Part shown: positions 18,663-28,997 of the stretch, one piece after another
Numbering within the stretch: position 1 is the first letter of the stretch
Layout: each line of letters opens with the position of its first letter
Assembly (NCBI GenBank): GCA_902779565.1
Contig: CACZCD010000006.1
Coordinates: 11,413-75,412 of the forward strand
Length of the DNA: 64,000 nt
Source of the DNA: an uncultured bacterium
Lineage (GTDB): Bacteria > Verrucomicrobiota > Kiritimatiellia > RFP12 > UBA1067
Reading direction: 5' to 3'
Made by a program: the position numbers and the translations under genes
The notes under the pieces: model-generated
What the model saw: only the letters and a program-made list of their open reading frames with translations
Databases searched by the model: none
Told to the model about the DNA's origin: nothing

Positions 18663-19697
18663 ATGCTTAACGCAATATTGCTGGCGGCCTCGATCACGGT
18701 ACCCGTCGCCGAGGTTTCCGAAATCGCGGATTACAAGACGCGCACCTACCCGGGGCGCGTGGTGCCGATCGCTCAGGTGAACGTAGTGCCGCAAGTCTCA
18801 GGCGAGATCCTTGAGGTCGGATTCGAGAACGGCACCCGAATCAAGGAAGGACAGCTTCTGTATCGGCTCGACCCCGTGAAGTACGAGGCGGCCGTGAAGA
18901 ACGCCGAGGCGAAGGTGGCGGAGTGCAAGGCGAACCTCTCCTACGCCGAACTCTCCTACACGCGCCACAAGAAGCTGCTCGAATCCCGCGCCGTCTCGCT
19001 TGACGCGGTCGATAACGCGCTCTCGCAGCGTGACTCGTCGCGCGCGGCATACGCCGCCGCACAGGCAGAACTCATCTCCGCCCGCGACAACCTCAAGCAC
19101 TGCTCCATCACGGCCCCGATCACCGCCAAGGCGGGTTCTACGGCGTTCACCAAGGGCAACTACGTGACCACCTCCTCCGGTACGCTCGTCTCCCTCGTGC
19201 AGTACCGCCCGATCCGCGTGCGGTTCTCGATCTCGAACCGTGAATACCTTGAGATGTTCGGCGGCAACACGAAGTCGCTCCAGGAGGACGGCGTGGTGCA
19301 GCTGACGCTCGCAGATGGACGGGAGTACACGGAGCCGGGCGCGATCGAATACACGGAGAACGCGGCCGACGCGAACACCGATACGATGCAGGTGTATGCC
19401 TGCTTCCAGAATGAGGCGTTCAACCTGAAGCCTGGCGGCACGGTCACCGTGACGCTCAAAACGAAGAAGGGCGTGAAGCGCCCGGCGATCCCGCCGACCG
19501 CCATCCTTCAGGACACTCAAGGGCCCTATGTGTGGGCGGTGGGATCCGACGGAAAGGTCGAGCGGCGCACGATTGCGCGCGGCGACCAGGAGGGCGATTG
19601 GCTGTTCGTCGAGAAGGGACTCAAGCCCGGTGAGCGGATTGTGGCGGATGGTGCCCACAGGGTTCATAGAGGTGACATCGTAAAGGCGGCAGAATGA
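18663..19697 (+). CDS. RND efflux periplasmic adaptor (membrane fusion protein)
   Basis: HlyD/AcrA-like coiled-coil hairpin and beta-barrel pattern. Confidence 0.8.
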   Translation: MLNAILLAASITVPVAEVSEIADYKTRTYPGRVVPIAQVNVVPQVSGEILEVGFENGTRIKEGQLLYRLDPVKYEAAVKNAEAKVAECKANLSYAELSYTRHKKLLESRAVSLDAVDNALSQRDSSRAAYAAAQAELISARDNLKHCSITAPITAKAGSTAFTKGNYVTTSSGTLVSLVQYRPIRVRFSISNREYLEMFGGNTKSLQEDGVVQLTLADGREYTEPGAIEYTENAADANTDTMQVYACFQNEAFNLKPGGTVTVTLKTKKGVKRPAIPPTAILQDTQGPYVWAVGSDGKVERRTIARGDQEGDWLFVEKGLKPGERIVADGAHRVHRGDIVKAAE

Positions 19698-22600
19698 GAA
19701 ACATCTCCCAGGTGTTCATTAACCACCCGAAGGCGGCGTGGGTGGTGGCGATTCTCATCGCGCTCTGTGGCGCAATCTGCCTTTCGCGCATGGCGGTGGC
19801 GGAGTATCCGCAGATCACCCCGGTCACGATCACCGTCTCGTGCAGCTACACAGGGGCGGGGGCGCAGGATCTTTCGGACACGGTGGCGCAGATCCTTGAG
19901 GACCAGATCAATGGCGTAGAGGACATCTGGTACTACAAGTCAAGCTGTTCGATGAAGGGACTCTACACCTGCTACTGCACGTTCCGCCCCGGAACCCCGT
20001 CGAACGTGGCGCTCATGAACGTGCAGAACGCCGTCAAGCGGGCGGAGCCGAAGCTGCCGACGGAGGTTGTGCAGAACGGCATAACTGTCAGGAAGCGCCC
20101 CGAGGACCGAATGGTCATGTATGTGTTCATGACCGATGGGCGCGAGATGGACCTCATGGATCTTTCGAACTTCGTCGAAAAGCAGATGGCGGACGCCGTG
20201 GCGCGCCTCGACGGCGTTGGGCAGGTGGAGACGTCGGGACGCCAGTACGCCATGCGCATCTGGCTTGACCCGCTGAAGCTCGCCGGTCTCAACGTGCAGA
20301 TCTCCGAGATCAAGAGCGCCATCGAGTCCCAGAACATACAGGCGGCGGCCGGCATGGTGGGTGGCGAATACGCAAACAGGTACATCAACTTCAAGCTCAA
20401 CGTGAAGGGCCGGCTGAAGACCAAGGAGGAGTTCGAGAACATCGTGGTGCGGAACAACCCCGCGACCGGTGCGCAGGTGCTGGTGAAGGACGTCGCGCGG
20501 GTCGAGCTTGGCTGCAAGGGCTACACCGTGCGGAGCCGGTTCAACGAGAGCCCCGCCGTCTATCTCGAAGTGTACAAGTCCCCAGACGCGAACGCCGTGG
20601 AGACGGCGGCGCGCGTGAAGAAGGAGGTTGAGAAGTGGATCGCGCGCCTTCCGGCCGGCGTCGAGGGGGTGCTGGGCGACGATTCCACCGCGTTCACGCT
20701 CGTGTTCCTGAAGGAGACGTTCCGCACGTTGCTCATCGCGCTCGTTCTCGTCATTGCGATCACCTACCTCTTCCTTCAGGACTGGCGCGCCACGTTCGTT
20801 CCGGCGATCGCGATTCCCATCGCGCTGCTCGGGACGTTCGCGTTCCTGTATCCGCTCGGGTTCACATTGAACGTGTTGACGATGTTCGGGTTGATCCTTG
20901 TGATCGGGTCGTTGGTCGATGACGCCATCGTTGTGGTTGAAAATACGCAGTCGCTCATGATCCGCGAAGGGTTGTCGGCGAAGGAGGCGGCGTCCAAATC
21001 CATGACCCAGATCACGAGCGCCATCATCGCCACCACGCTCGTGACGCTCTCCTGCTATCTGCCGCTCGCGTTCTACACGGGGATGACAGGCATGATGTAC
21101 GTCCAGTTCGCCGTCACCATGTGCATTGCGCTCTGCCTGTCGACCGTGATCGCGCTCGTCCTCTCCCCGGTTCTCTGTGCGTACATGCTCAAGCCGCCGC
21201 GGAAGAAGCCCCTGTGGGTGTTTGCGCCCTTCAACTGGACGCTTGACGTGTCGCGGCGTGGCTACCTTCAGTTCGTGAAGCTCTTTGTGCGGCACGGCCT
21301 CCTTTCGCTTCTGGTGTTCGCGGCGGTGGCCACGGCGCTGTGGTTCGTCACGAAAAAGGTGCCGACCACCTTCCTGCCGAAGGAGGATCGCGGCTACATC
21401 CTGTGGTACGTCCGTTTGGCCGAAGGGCAGTCCTTGGATCGCACGATCGCCCTTGTGGACGAGTTCCATGATCGCGTGGCGAAGATACCGGGCGTCCAGT
21501 CGATGTCCTCCCGGTGCGGTTCGAACGGTCTGTGGGGTTCTGGCGAGAACCTTGGGGGAGGCATGATCCGTCTGGAGCACTGGGACCAGCGGACCACCCC
21601 GGAGACGCGCATCGACCACGTGCTGGAGAAGGTGCGCGAGGCGGCGGCCGGTCTGTATGCGGGGCAGTTCGTTTTCACCCAGCCGCCGCCCATCCGCGGA
21701 CTCGGCGGCACGTCGGGCGTCGGTTTCAACTTCTGCTCAATCATGGGCTGCGAGCCGCATGAACTTTTGGTGGCGGTTGATGAATTCGTCGAGACACTGA
21801 AGAAGGATCCGCGGGTGAAGTCGGCGGTGCACGGCTTTACCTGCGCCACGCCTCAGCTTGAGCTGAAGTTCGATCGCCGCAAGGCCGAACTTCTCGGTCT
21901 TACGCCGAAGATCGTGTTTTCGACGCTCCAGAACAAGCTTGCCTCGTACTATGTGAACGACTTCAACCTCAAGGGTGGCGTCTATCAGGTGAAGCTGCAG
22001 AACGACCCCGACTACCGTGGCGGGCTCGATGACGTGCTGGCGATCCGCATCCCGGCGCCGAACGGGGAGGCCGTGCCGCTTTCGGCGATCGGAACGATCG
22101 AATACATTGTCGGCACCCGCGAGACGATGAGCTACAACAAGATGCTTGCGGCGTGGTGCGACGTGACGCCTGTTCCGGGCGTGCCGTCGTCGGAGATCAT
22201 GCGCCTCATTGAGACCGCGCCCAAGCCGAAGGGCTTTGACACGGAATGGGGCCCCGTGCAACTTCAGGAGAAAGCCAATGAGGGCAAGCTCGTCTGGCTG
22301 ATGTCGGCCGCGCTCCTGTTCGCCTACCTCTTCCTCGTGGCGCAGTACGAGAGCTGGACGATACCGGTCTCGGTGATGATGTCGGTGCTTTTCGCGGTCA
22401 CGGGCGCATTTGTCGGGTTGTGGATCACCGACATCCCGCTGTCGGTCTATGCCCAGCTCGGATGCGTGATGCTGATCGGGCTTTCGGGCAAGAACGCGAT
22501 TCTCATGGTCGAGTTCTCGCGGCAGCGGCGCCGGGACGGTGCTGAGATCAATACCGCTGCGATTGACGGTGCCTCCCTCCGTTTCCGTGCGGTGCAGATG

Positions 22601-22825
22601 ACGGCGTGGAGCTTCATCATCGGCGTGCTGCCGCTCATGTTCGCAAAATCCGCCGGTGCCGCCTCCATGCGCGCCATCGGCGTCTGCACCTGTTCGGGGA
22701 TGCTGGCCGCCACACTCGTTGGAATCATCTTCGTGCCGTCGTTCTATGCGATTTTTCAGCGTTTCCGGGAATTCGTGAAGGGGGAAAAACGTCCGCCATG
22801 CCCATCTGCCGCCGCAGCTTCCTGA
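19694..22825 (+). CDS. RND efflux permease, AcrB/HAE1 family
   Basis: 1043 aa, 12 TM, two large periplasmic loops; ATGA-coupled to the adaptor. Confidence 0.9.
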   Translation: MRNISQVFINHPKAAWVVAILIALCGAICLSRMAVAEYPQITPVTITVSCSYTGAGAQDLSDTVAQILEDQINGVEDIWYYKSSCSMKGLYTCYCTFRPGTPSNVALMNVQNAVKRAEPKLPTEVVQNGITVRKRPEDRMVMYVFMTDGREMDLMDLSNFVEKQMADAVARLDGVGQVETSGRQYAMRIWLDPLKLAGLNVQISEIKSAIESQNIQAAAGMVGGEYANRYINFKLNVKGRLKTKEEFENIVVRNNPATGAQVLVKDVARVELGCKGYTVRSRFNESPAVYLEVYKSPDANAVETAARVKKEVEKWIARLPAGVEGVLGDDSTAFTLVFLKETFRTLLIALVLVIAITYLFLQDWRATFVPAIAIPIALLGTFAFLYPLGFTLNVLTMFGLILVIGSLVDDAIVVVENTQSLMIREGLSAKEAASKSMTQITSAIIATTLVTLSCYLPLAFYTGMTGMMYVQFAVTMCIALCLSTVIALVLSPVLCAYMLKPPRKKPLWVFAPFNWTLDVSRRGYLQFVKLFVRHGLLSLLVFAAVATALWFVTKKVPTTFLPKEDRGYILWYVRLAEGQSLDRTIALVDEFHDRVAKIPGVQSMSSRCGSNGLWGSGENLGGGMIRLEHWDQRTTPETRIDHVLEKVREAAAGLYAGQFVFTQPPPIRGLGGTSGVGFNFCSIMGCEPHELLVAVDEFVETLKKDPRVKSAVHGFTCATPQLELKFDRRKAELLGLTPKIVFSTLQNKLASYYVNDFNLKGGVYQVKLQNDPDYRGGLDDVLAIRIPAPNGEAVPLSAIGTIEYIVGTRETMSYNKMLAAWCDVTPVPGVPSSEIMRLIETAPKPKGFDTEWGPVQLQEKANEGKLVWLMSAALLFAYLFLVAQYESWTIPVSVMMSVLFAVTGAFVGLWITDIPLSVYAQLGCVMLIGLSGKNAILMVEFSRQRRRDGAEINTAAIDGASLRFRAVQMTAWSFIIGVLPLMFAKSAGAASMRAIGVCTCSGMLAATLVGIIFVPSFYAIFQRFREFVKGEKRPPCPSAAAAS

Positions 22826-24528
22826 AATCCACCGCCGCAACGGGCACGGCCTTCTGCCTGCCGACCCTACGCGCGGAGGCGCGCCCCGTGCTGACGGTCG
22901 GCCTGATGAGTGACACCCACCTCACGCGCGAACCATCCTCCGCCGTCCGCTCGCGTCTGGCGATGGAGCTTTTCAAGAAGCTCGGCGCGGACGTGATCGC
23001 CCATCTCGGTGACCTCGCCGACTGGCATTACAAAGAGGCGTACACCTTCTACCGTGAGGCGCTCGATGCCGTCTTCCCGCCGTCCACCCGTCGCCCAGAG
23101 CTGCTGTACGCCTTTGGCGACCACGACGCCCTCGATCCCGCTCGCCGCAAGGAACCGCGCGCCAGCTGGCGCGGCGACTGTCGTCAGAGCTTTGCCGACA
23201 TGGCGGCGCGTCTCGGTATCGACCATGGCTACTCCGACCTCAAGGTGATCGCGGGCTATCCGTTCCTCATCTTCCCGCAGACCCTCGACAGTCAGCTCAC
23301 CCTCGCCGACTACGAGCGCACGATCGCCGAGACCTGCGCGAAGTTCCCGTCTGGTCCGGTGTTCGTGCTGGAGCATCCTCCGGCGTATCAGACGACCTAC
23401 AACTCCTGCTTCCAGGATCCGCGCCGCCGCGCCGTTTTGGACAAGTTCCCGCGTGTCGTGGACATCTGCGGACACAAGCACGCCTCCGTCAAGAATGAAC
23501 TCTGCATTTGGCAAGGAACCTTCACGGCGATCCAGACGAGTTGCCTCCAGAAGTGGTACGGGCTCAACATCGGCGGGCGAATCGTCGGGAAGGAGTCCTG
23601 GTGCGTTTGCGTGATGCAGGTGTTTCCGGATCGCCTTGTGATCCGCCGCTATGATGTACGCGATGGCGTCGAGTTCCGTCCGGACGCGCCTTGGACGGTG
23701 CCGTTGCCGTTTGTGTCCGAAACCGCTCCGCTCACCGTCCCCGCGCGGCGGCGCACGGAGCGTGCGGCGGCGTTCCCGGCAGGGGCGGCGCCTTCTGTGG
23801 AGGTGGATGGCACGCCATTTTCGCAGGTCGGCGTGAAGTTCCCCACCGCCACCGATCCTGACATCGTGCTCCACTACCGCGTGGAAGCCGCCCGGCGGAA
23901 CGCCGCCGGCGCATGGGAGAGGTCCGTCAGCGCCGACGTTTTCGGTGACTTCTACGAACGCCCGGTCGATCGGAAGGGGACGCTTTCGTGGAACTTCGAT
24001 TCGGCGCTGTTTGATGCCGGCGGTGAATACCGGTTTACGGTTACGCCCGTCGGATTCTTCGGCACGGAGGGTGCTCCGATTTCCTGCCTCTGGCGTGCGC
24101 CGGAGAAGGTGCTCTCTGAGGTCGTCTGGCGGTGCGACAATCCCATGGAGGAGCTCAAGTTTGTGGGCGCCGCGAAGACCCATCGCGAGGGCGACTGGCT
24201 TGTCTGTGGTCCGGGCGAGTTCAGGATCGATCCGCCGCCGGAGGCGTTCAAGGGACGCAAGGGCGATCGGTTCACCTTCGTCGCGGAGATGCAGACGGTG
24301 CAGACCGCTGTTCCGGTTGGTGTGGCGTTCGGTTTGTCGCGTGCCGTATGGTCTGGCGGACTTCTTACGCCGCTTGGCGATTCCGGCATGGTACGCTATG
24401 CGCTCACAGAAACGTTGGCGGGGGATAAGCCGAAGTGGGCGTTCAAATTCGCCGGCCATGGCAACCTCAAGGTGCGCTTCGCGAAACTCTGGATCCAGAG
24501 GCGGGGGAAAGCGCCAGATGGTATTTGA
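22798..24528 (+). CDS. TAT-secreted metallophosphoesterase (calcineurin-like)
   Basis: RRSFLKS twin-arginine motif; GDLADW, GDHD, HKH phosphoesterase motifs. Confidence 0.75.
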   Translation: MPICRRSFLKSTAATGTAFCLPTLRAEARPVLTVGLMSDTHLTREPSSAVRSRLAMELFKKLGADVIAHLGDLADWHYKEAYTFYREALDAVFPPSTRRPELLYAFGDHDALDPARRKEPRASWRGDCRQSFADMAARLGIDHGYSDLKVIAGYPFLIFPQTLDSQLTLADYERTIAETCAKFPSGPVFVLEHPPAYQTTYNSCFQDPRRRAVLDKFPRVVDICGHKHASVKNELCIWQGTFTAIQTSCLQKWYGLNIGGRIVGKESWCVCVMQVFPDRLVIRRYDVRDGVEFRPDAPWTVPLPFVSETAPLTVPARRRTERAAAFPAGAAPSVEVDGTPFSQVGVKFPTATDPDIVLHYRVEAARRNAAGAWERSVSADVFGDFYERPVDRKGTLSWNFDSALFDAGGEYRFTVTPVGFFGTEGAPISCLWRAPEKVLSEVVWRCDNPMEELKFVGAAKTHREGDWLVCGPGEFRIDPPPEAFKGRKGDRFTFVAEMQTVQTAVPVGVAFGLSRAVWSGGLLTPLGDSGMVRYALTETLAGDKPKWAFKFAGHGNLKVRFAKLWIQRRGKAPDGI

Positions 24529-27500
24529 GCCGGGACAGAAAATCGGTGCATACAAAATAATCCGCCGTCTCGGACAAGGCGGCATGGGGGCGGTGTATCT
24601 CGCACAGGCACCAGACGGGGAGCTGTACGCTATCAAGGTGATGACGTCGAAGGTCGAGGACGATGGTTCGCACACCTGTGAGCGATTTCTTCGTGAAGGC
24701 GAGTTTGCACGCAATATTCGCCATCCTAATCTCATTGCGGTCTATGAGGTTCAAGTCGATCCCTCTACTGGCCTGAATTATATCGTGATGGAATATGCGC
24801 CCGGTGGTAGCATACGGGATCGTTTGTCCAAGGAAGGGCGATTTGACATAGCCGAGGCGGTGGAGATAATACGACAGGTGGCCTATGGACTTGCCGCGGC
24901 CCATCAGCACGGGGTCGTCCATCGCGACATCAAGCCGGATAATATCCTTTTTGCCGCAGACGGGACCCCCAAGCTCGCTGACCTCGGCGTTGCTAAATTT
25001 ACGGATGGCCCGAAGAAGATGACAATGACTTTGGCCGAGGAAGTCGTTGGAACCCCCGCATACATGGCGCCCGAGCAGATGATGGATGCGCACAAGGTTG
25101 ATTCGCGCGCCGACATCTATGCGCTAGGTGTCGTGTTCTACGAGATGTTGGCCGGGGAACGCCCGAATGAAAGTGATACTTACTTGCAGCTGCTGGCGAA
25201 GGCCGTGAAAGGCATCCCTCTTCCCAGTGTGCGCAAGATGAGGCCGGAGGTCTCGGCGGCCCTCGTGCAGATTCTCAACGTGATGTGTGCAATACGAGCC
25301 GACGACAGGTTCGATTCCTCGCAGAAGTTGATTGATGTATTGGAGCGGCTCAAGCGAGAAGGTCTTGACACGCATTTGCGTCTTCGCCAACCGCCGAATC
25401 GCCATCGTCGTCGGCTGCTTGCCCTATCGTTTCTTTTGGGATTGTCATTCCTTGCCATTGGTGCTGTTGCATACGACAGGCTGGCAACATTCGTCGAACA
25501 TTACGGCGATTGGGTGGACGAATGGGGCATTCCGTCCGGCCGCATTCCGCTTGATGAAAAGATTGCCGAGAAGCGCGATCATTTCACGTTTGAGTACCGT
25601 GGTCGCAGTTCGTTCTTCGGAAAGCGCGTCCTACGACGCGTGACGCAAAGGGATATCTTTGGATTCTTCAAATGCACGAAAGACATGATGAACGGCAGAC
25701 GTCCAGAAATCATGGACATTGCCTATGGAGAGGACGGTCGACTGGCTTATATCGACCATGTAAAGCCAAGCGGACGAATCGAGCTCAGATGCCTGTACTC
25801 TGGTGCGGACAGGCGCTACATTGACTTTAAAGTTCCAGAACGGGATGGAGGGTTGATTGCAGCATTCCTATCGGACAGCTATGATGACGAAGATGATTTC
25901 GGAAACGGTGAGCGCAATGATACTGCCCGGATCCGCCGCAATGTAGTGACTCGCGATAAGTATGGGCGCATTGTCAAGGTGGAATTCATGATGAATGATT
26001 CCAATGAACCTACGGCTGATTCAGATGGGTTCTTTGGGAGGGTTTTTGAAAGGGATGAGATGGGACGGGTCTCCTCCATGTACCACATTGACGAGCATGG
26101 AAAGATGGCAGTGGGTGAGTGTGGCGTTGCATTCGTCCGACAGGCCTATAACACGGACGGAAACCTTCGCGAGATAGCATGGTATGACACCTCGACAAAT
26201 GCCGTTCTTTCTGCAAACGGCTATGCATCTCAACTTTTTGATTATGACGATTTCGGGCGTTGTATTAGTGAAACCTACCGCGGCATTGATGGAAAGCCAT
26301 GTTTGTCACCCAGTGACGGGTATGCCGGGAGTAAAACGACGTTTGATGCAGAAAACAGAATTATGAGGACGATGTATCTAGGTCTGGACGGGAAGCCAAA
26401 ATACGTCAATAATGGATTTGGAGCTGGAGAGGAGGCGACTGTCGATCTTGCCAATCATACGCCATGTCATGTGCGAACAATTCTCCTTGACGAGGATGGC
26501 GAGCCTCGGTCATGCAGAGAGGGATATGCGATAATTGAGCGGTTCTTCGTAAAAGGGATGGAGGTGGAACGGAAATATTTTGATGTGGACGGGAGGCCGG
26601 CCGTCGGAACATATGAATTCCATCGCCGTCAGAAAATATATGATTCCTTTGGAAATCTAAGTGAGATTCGATTTTATGGGACCGACGGCAAGTTGTGCAG
26701 TCATTCGGACGGTATGGCTATCATAACCCATCGCCACGACAGTGCGGGGCGTATGGTTGAACGGAGATTTCGTGACAAGCACGAAAAACCATGTAAAATC
26801 AAATTTGGATATGCGGTAGAAAGATTGCGATACGACTCTTCCGGAAATCTTGTGGAACTCATTTATCTGGACGAGGCAAACAATCCATGTGAAACGAGTC
26901 ATGGATATGCCTCCGTCAGACAGAAATTTAATGCCGAGGGGCGTCTAGTCCGTTGGGAATGTCTATCGAAAGATGGGCGCCCGCCAACAAACAGGATTCC
27001 TGTTGAGGAATATTCCCGTGAGAAGCATGGCCGTATTACTGAGATTCGCCATTGTGATGCATCTGGTGCGCTGTGTGCGAATAAGTCGGGAGTGGCTAGG
27101 ATCACATGTGCATACGATGGACGAGGCCGCAGGGTGAAGGTTGATTCCTACGCTCCGGATGGGAGTCGGATGGGGGTTGCCATTCACTCTGAATATGATT
27201 CGAGAGGATGCGAGACGCTTAGAGAATATATCGGAACAAATGGATGCTTGACAACAGACAGTGTTTGGGGATGCAAGCGTATGCGCATGCGTTATGACGA
27301 CTTCAACAATTGCATTGAGCGAAGTTTCTATGATGAACACGAAAAACCTATGCTAAACCACCATACGTCACAGAAACCTTTTGGCATCTTCCGCATCACT
27401 TATGCAGTGAATCGACAAACCGGAATGACCGAAAAACGATACTATGGTGTGGACGGAAAGCCTTGCTTGTGCGCACGTGGATACGGCGGTCTGCGGGATT

Positions 27501-27976
27501 TTATGGACTCTGAAATTGAACGTCAGGCGTATATTGAATTCCTTGGACTTGGCGGAACGCGTAAGAATCTCCCCAAAGAAGCATGGGGCGGAGGAGGTTT
27601 CTTTGGCTTTGAACAGAGATTCAATTCGCGCGGAGACATTGTATGGAAGATGCACTTTGACGAAGACTACCAATATGTCATGCGTCATGACGAGTGTGGA
27701 TTTCTGGAGGTGCATGACGTGACTGGACGAAAGATCGCACGTCTGCATCTTGGCATGGATGGGAAGCCGCACAAGACGACGCGCGGCGAATGGGGCTGGT
27801 ACTTGCCGGCCGATGCGGACTTAAACGGCAACAAACAGAAGCGCCAGCCAATTAAAGACGAGGGACAGGCTCAGAAGCTGTTTGCGCAGGGAATGGCGGC
27901 GATCGTTGCGCCACGAAACCGATTTGTCGAGGAGTGGAAAAAGGTTCGGCTTGAAAAGGTTCCAAAGCAACTCTGA
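24518..27976 (+). CDS. Ser/Thr protein kinase, one TM, then about 850-aa extracytoplasmic YD (Rhs-like) repeat region
   Basis: Hanks kinase motifs (GQGGMGAVY, AIK, HRDIKPDN, DLG, APE); TM LALSFLLGLSFLAIGAVAY; at least 12 repeats of YDxxGR....Y.G.DGKPC; the repeat region has lower GC. Confidence 0.8.
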   Translation: MVFEPGQKIGAYKIIRRLGQGGMGAVYLAQAPDGELYAIKVMTSKVEDDGSHTCERFLREGEFARNIRHPNLIAVYEVQVDPSTGLNYIVMEYAPGGSIRDRLSKEGRFDIAEAVEIIRQVAYGLAAAHQHGVVHRDIKPDNILFAADGTPKLADLGVAKFTDGPKKMTMTLAEEVVGTPAYMAPEQMMDAHKVDSRADIYALGVVFYEMLAGERPNESDTYLQLLAKAVKGIPLPSVRKMRPEVSAALVQILNVMCAIRADDRFDSSQKLIDVLERLKREGLDTHLRLRQPPNRHRRRLLALSFLLGLSFLAIGAVAYDRLATFVEHYGDWVDEWGIPSGRIPLDEKIAEKRDHFTFEYRGRSSFFGKRVLRRVTQRDIFGFFKCTKDMMNGRRPEIMDIAYGEDGRLAYIDHVKPSGRIELRCLYSGADRRYIDFKVPERDGGLIAAFLSDSYDDEDDFGNGERNDTARIRRNVVTRDKYGRIVKVEFMMNDSNEPTADSDGFFGRVFERDEMGRVSSMYHIDEHGKMAVGECGVAFVRQAYNTDGNLREIAWYDTSTNAVLSANGYASQLFDYDDFGRCISETYRGIDGKPCLSPSDGYAGSKTTFDAENRIMRTMYLGLDGKPKYVNNGFGAGEEATVDLANHTPCHVRTILLDEDGEPRSCREGYAIIERFFVKGMEVERKYFDVDGRPAVGTYEFHRRQKIYDSFGNLSEIRFYGTDGKLCSHSDGMAIITHRHDSAGRMVERRFRDKHEKPCKIKFGYAVERLRYDSSGNLVELIYLDEANNPCETSHGYASVRQKFNAEGRLVRWECLSKDGRPPTNRIPVEEYSREKHGRITEIRHCDASGALCANKSGVARITCAYDGRGRRVKVDSYAPDGSRMGVAIHSEYDSRGCETLREYIGTNGCLTTDSVWGCKRMRMRYDDFNNCIERSFYDEHEKPMLNHHTSQKPFGIFRITYAVNRQTGMTEKRYYGVDGKPCLCARGYGGLRDFMDSEIERQAYIEFLGLGGTRKNLPKEAWGGGGFFGFEQRFNSRGDIVWKMHFDEDYQYVMRHDECGFLEVHDVTGRKIARLHLGMDGKPHKTTRGEWGWYLPADADLNGNKQKRQPIKDEGQAQKLFAQGMAAIVAPRNRFVEEWKKVRLEKVPKQL

Positions 27977-28034
27977 GGCTTTATAATATGAATCACTTTC
28001 AATCAAGAAGGTGACGGGGAGATTTGAAACTGCC

Positions 28035-28997
28035 ATGCTGAGAAATGGATATATTGGCCGGTTGGCGCCAAGCCCGACGGGCGCCTTGCATCTTGGCAAT
28101 GTGCGCACGTTCATGGTTGCGTGGCTCCGTGCGCGTCAGGCCGGCGGCAAGGTGATCCTGCGCATGGAGGATCTTGACCATCCCAAACACAAGCCGGGCG
28201 CGGAGGTGCAGGCGATTGAGGATCTCCGTTGGCTCGGGTTCGACTGGGATGAGGCGTTCACGCAGAGTGAACGGAAGGGGCTTTATGCCGAGGCGCTTGC
28301 GCGACTTCGCGCACAGGGGCTTGCCTATCCGTGCGTCTGCTCGCGTAGCGACATCGAGGCCGTGCAGTCCGCGCCGCACGAAGGGGAGCAGCTCCGCTAT
28401 CCGGGAACGTGCCGGGATCGCTTTGGTTCATGGGCGGAGGCCTCCGCATGGAAGACCTCCCACTGCGGGAAGGGCGGACCGGCTACGTCGCCCATGCCCT
28501 GCTGGCGTTTTCGCACGCGCGAGGGCGCGCGTGTGGCGTTTGAGGACGGCTTCGCCGGACATTACGAGATGGACGTGTGGGAGACGTTGGGCGATTTCCC
28601 GCTTGCGCGAGACGAGGAGGGCGCGGGTTACGCGATAGCCGTGACCGTGGATGACGCCGCGATGGGCGTTACCGAGGTTGTGCGAGGGGATGATCTTTTG
28701 CCGGCGACGCCGCCGCAGATCCTATTGTATCAGGCGTTGGGACTTCCGGTGCCGGTCTTCTTCCACGTGCCGCTCGTGGTGGGGCCGGACGGGCGGCGTC
28801 TTGCGAAGCGGCATGGCGATACGCGCATTGCGAGTTTTTGCGAGGCCGGTGTCTCGCCAGAACGTCTCATCGGTTTCCTGGCCCGTTCGCTGGGGCTTAT
28901 TGAAAACGAAAGGCCGATCGGACTTCGCAGTCTGATCGGTCTCCTCGATCCCGCACGCATTCCGCGCGGGCCTCTCGTGTACCAAGGTCTTACTTGA
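28035..28997 (+). CDS. gluQ: glutamyl-Q tRNA(Asp) synthetase
   Basis: Truncated class I GluRS catalytic domain only, HLGN (HIGH) motif, about 320 aa; alternative start 28011. Confidence 0.75.
   Translation: MLRNGYIGRLAPSPTGALHLGNVRTFMVAWLRARQAGGKVILRMEDLDHPKHKPGAEVQAIEDLRWLGFDWDEAFTQSERKGLYAEALARLRAQGLAYPCVCSRSDIEAVQSAPHEGEQLRYPGTCRDRFGSWAEASAWKTSHCGKGGPATSPMPCWRFRTREGARVAFEDGFAGHYEMDVWETLGDFPLARDEEGAGYAIAVTVDDAAMGVTEVVRGDDLLPATPPQILLYQALGLPVPVFFHVPLVVGPDGRRLAKRHGDTRIASFCEAGVSPERLIGFLARSLGLIENERPIGLRSLIGLLDPARIPRGPLVYQGLT

Noticed and set aside
23945-24517. N-terminal 191-aa extension of the kinase ORF in the track
   Set aside because: It overlaps the metallophosphoesterase in another frame, is Arg/Ser-rich low complexity, and the kinase subdomain I begins right after the ATG at 24518.
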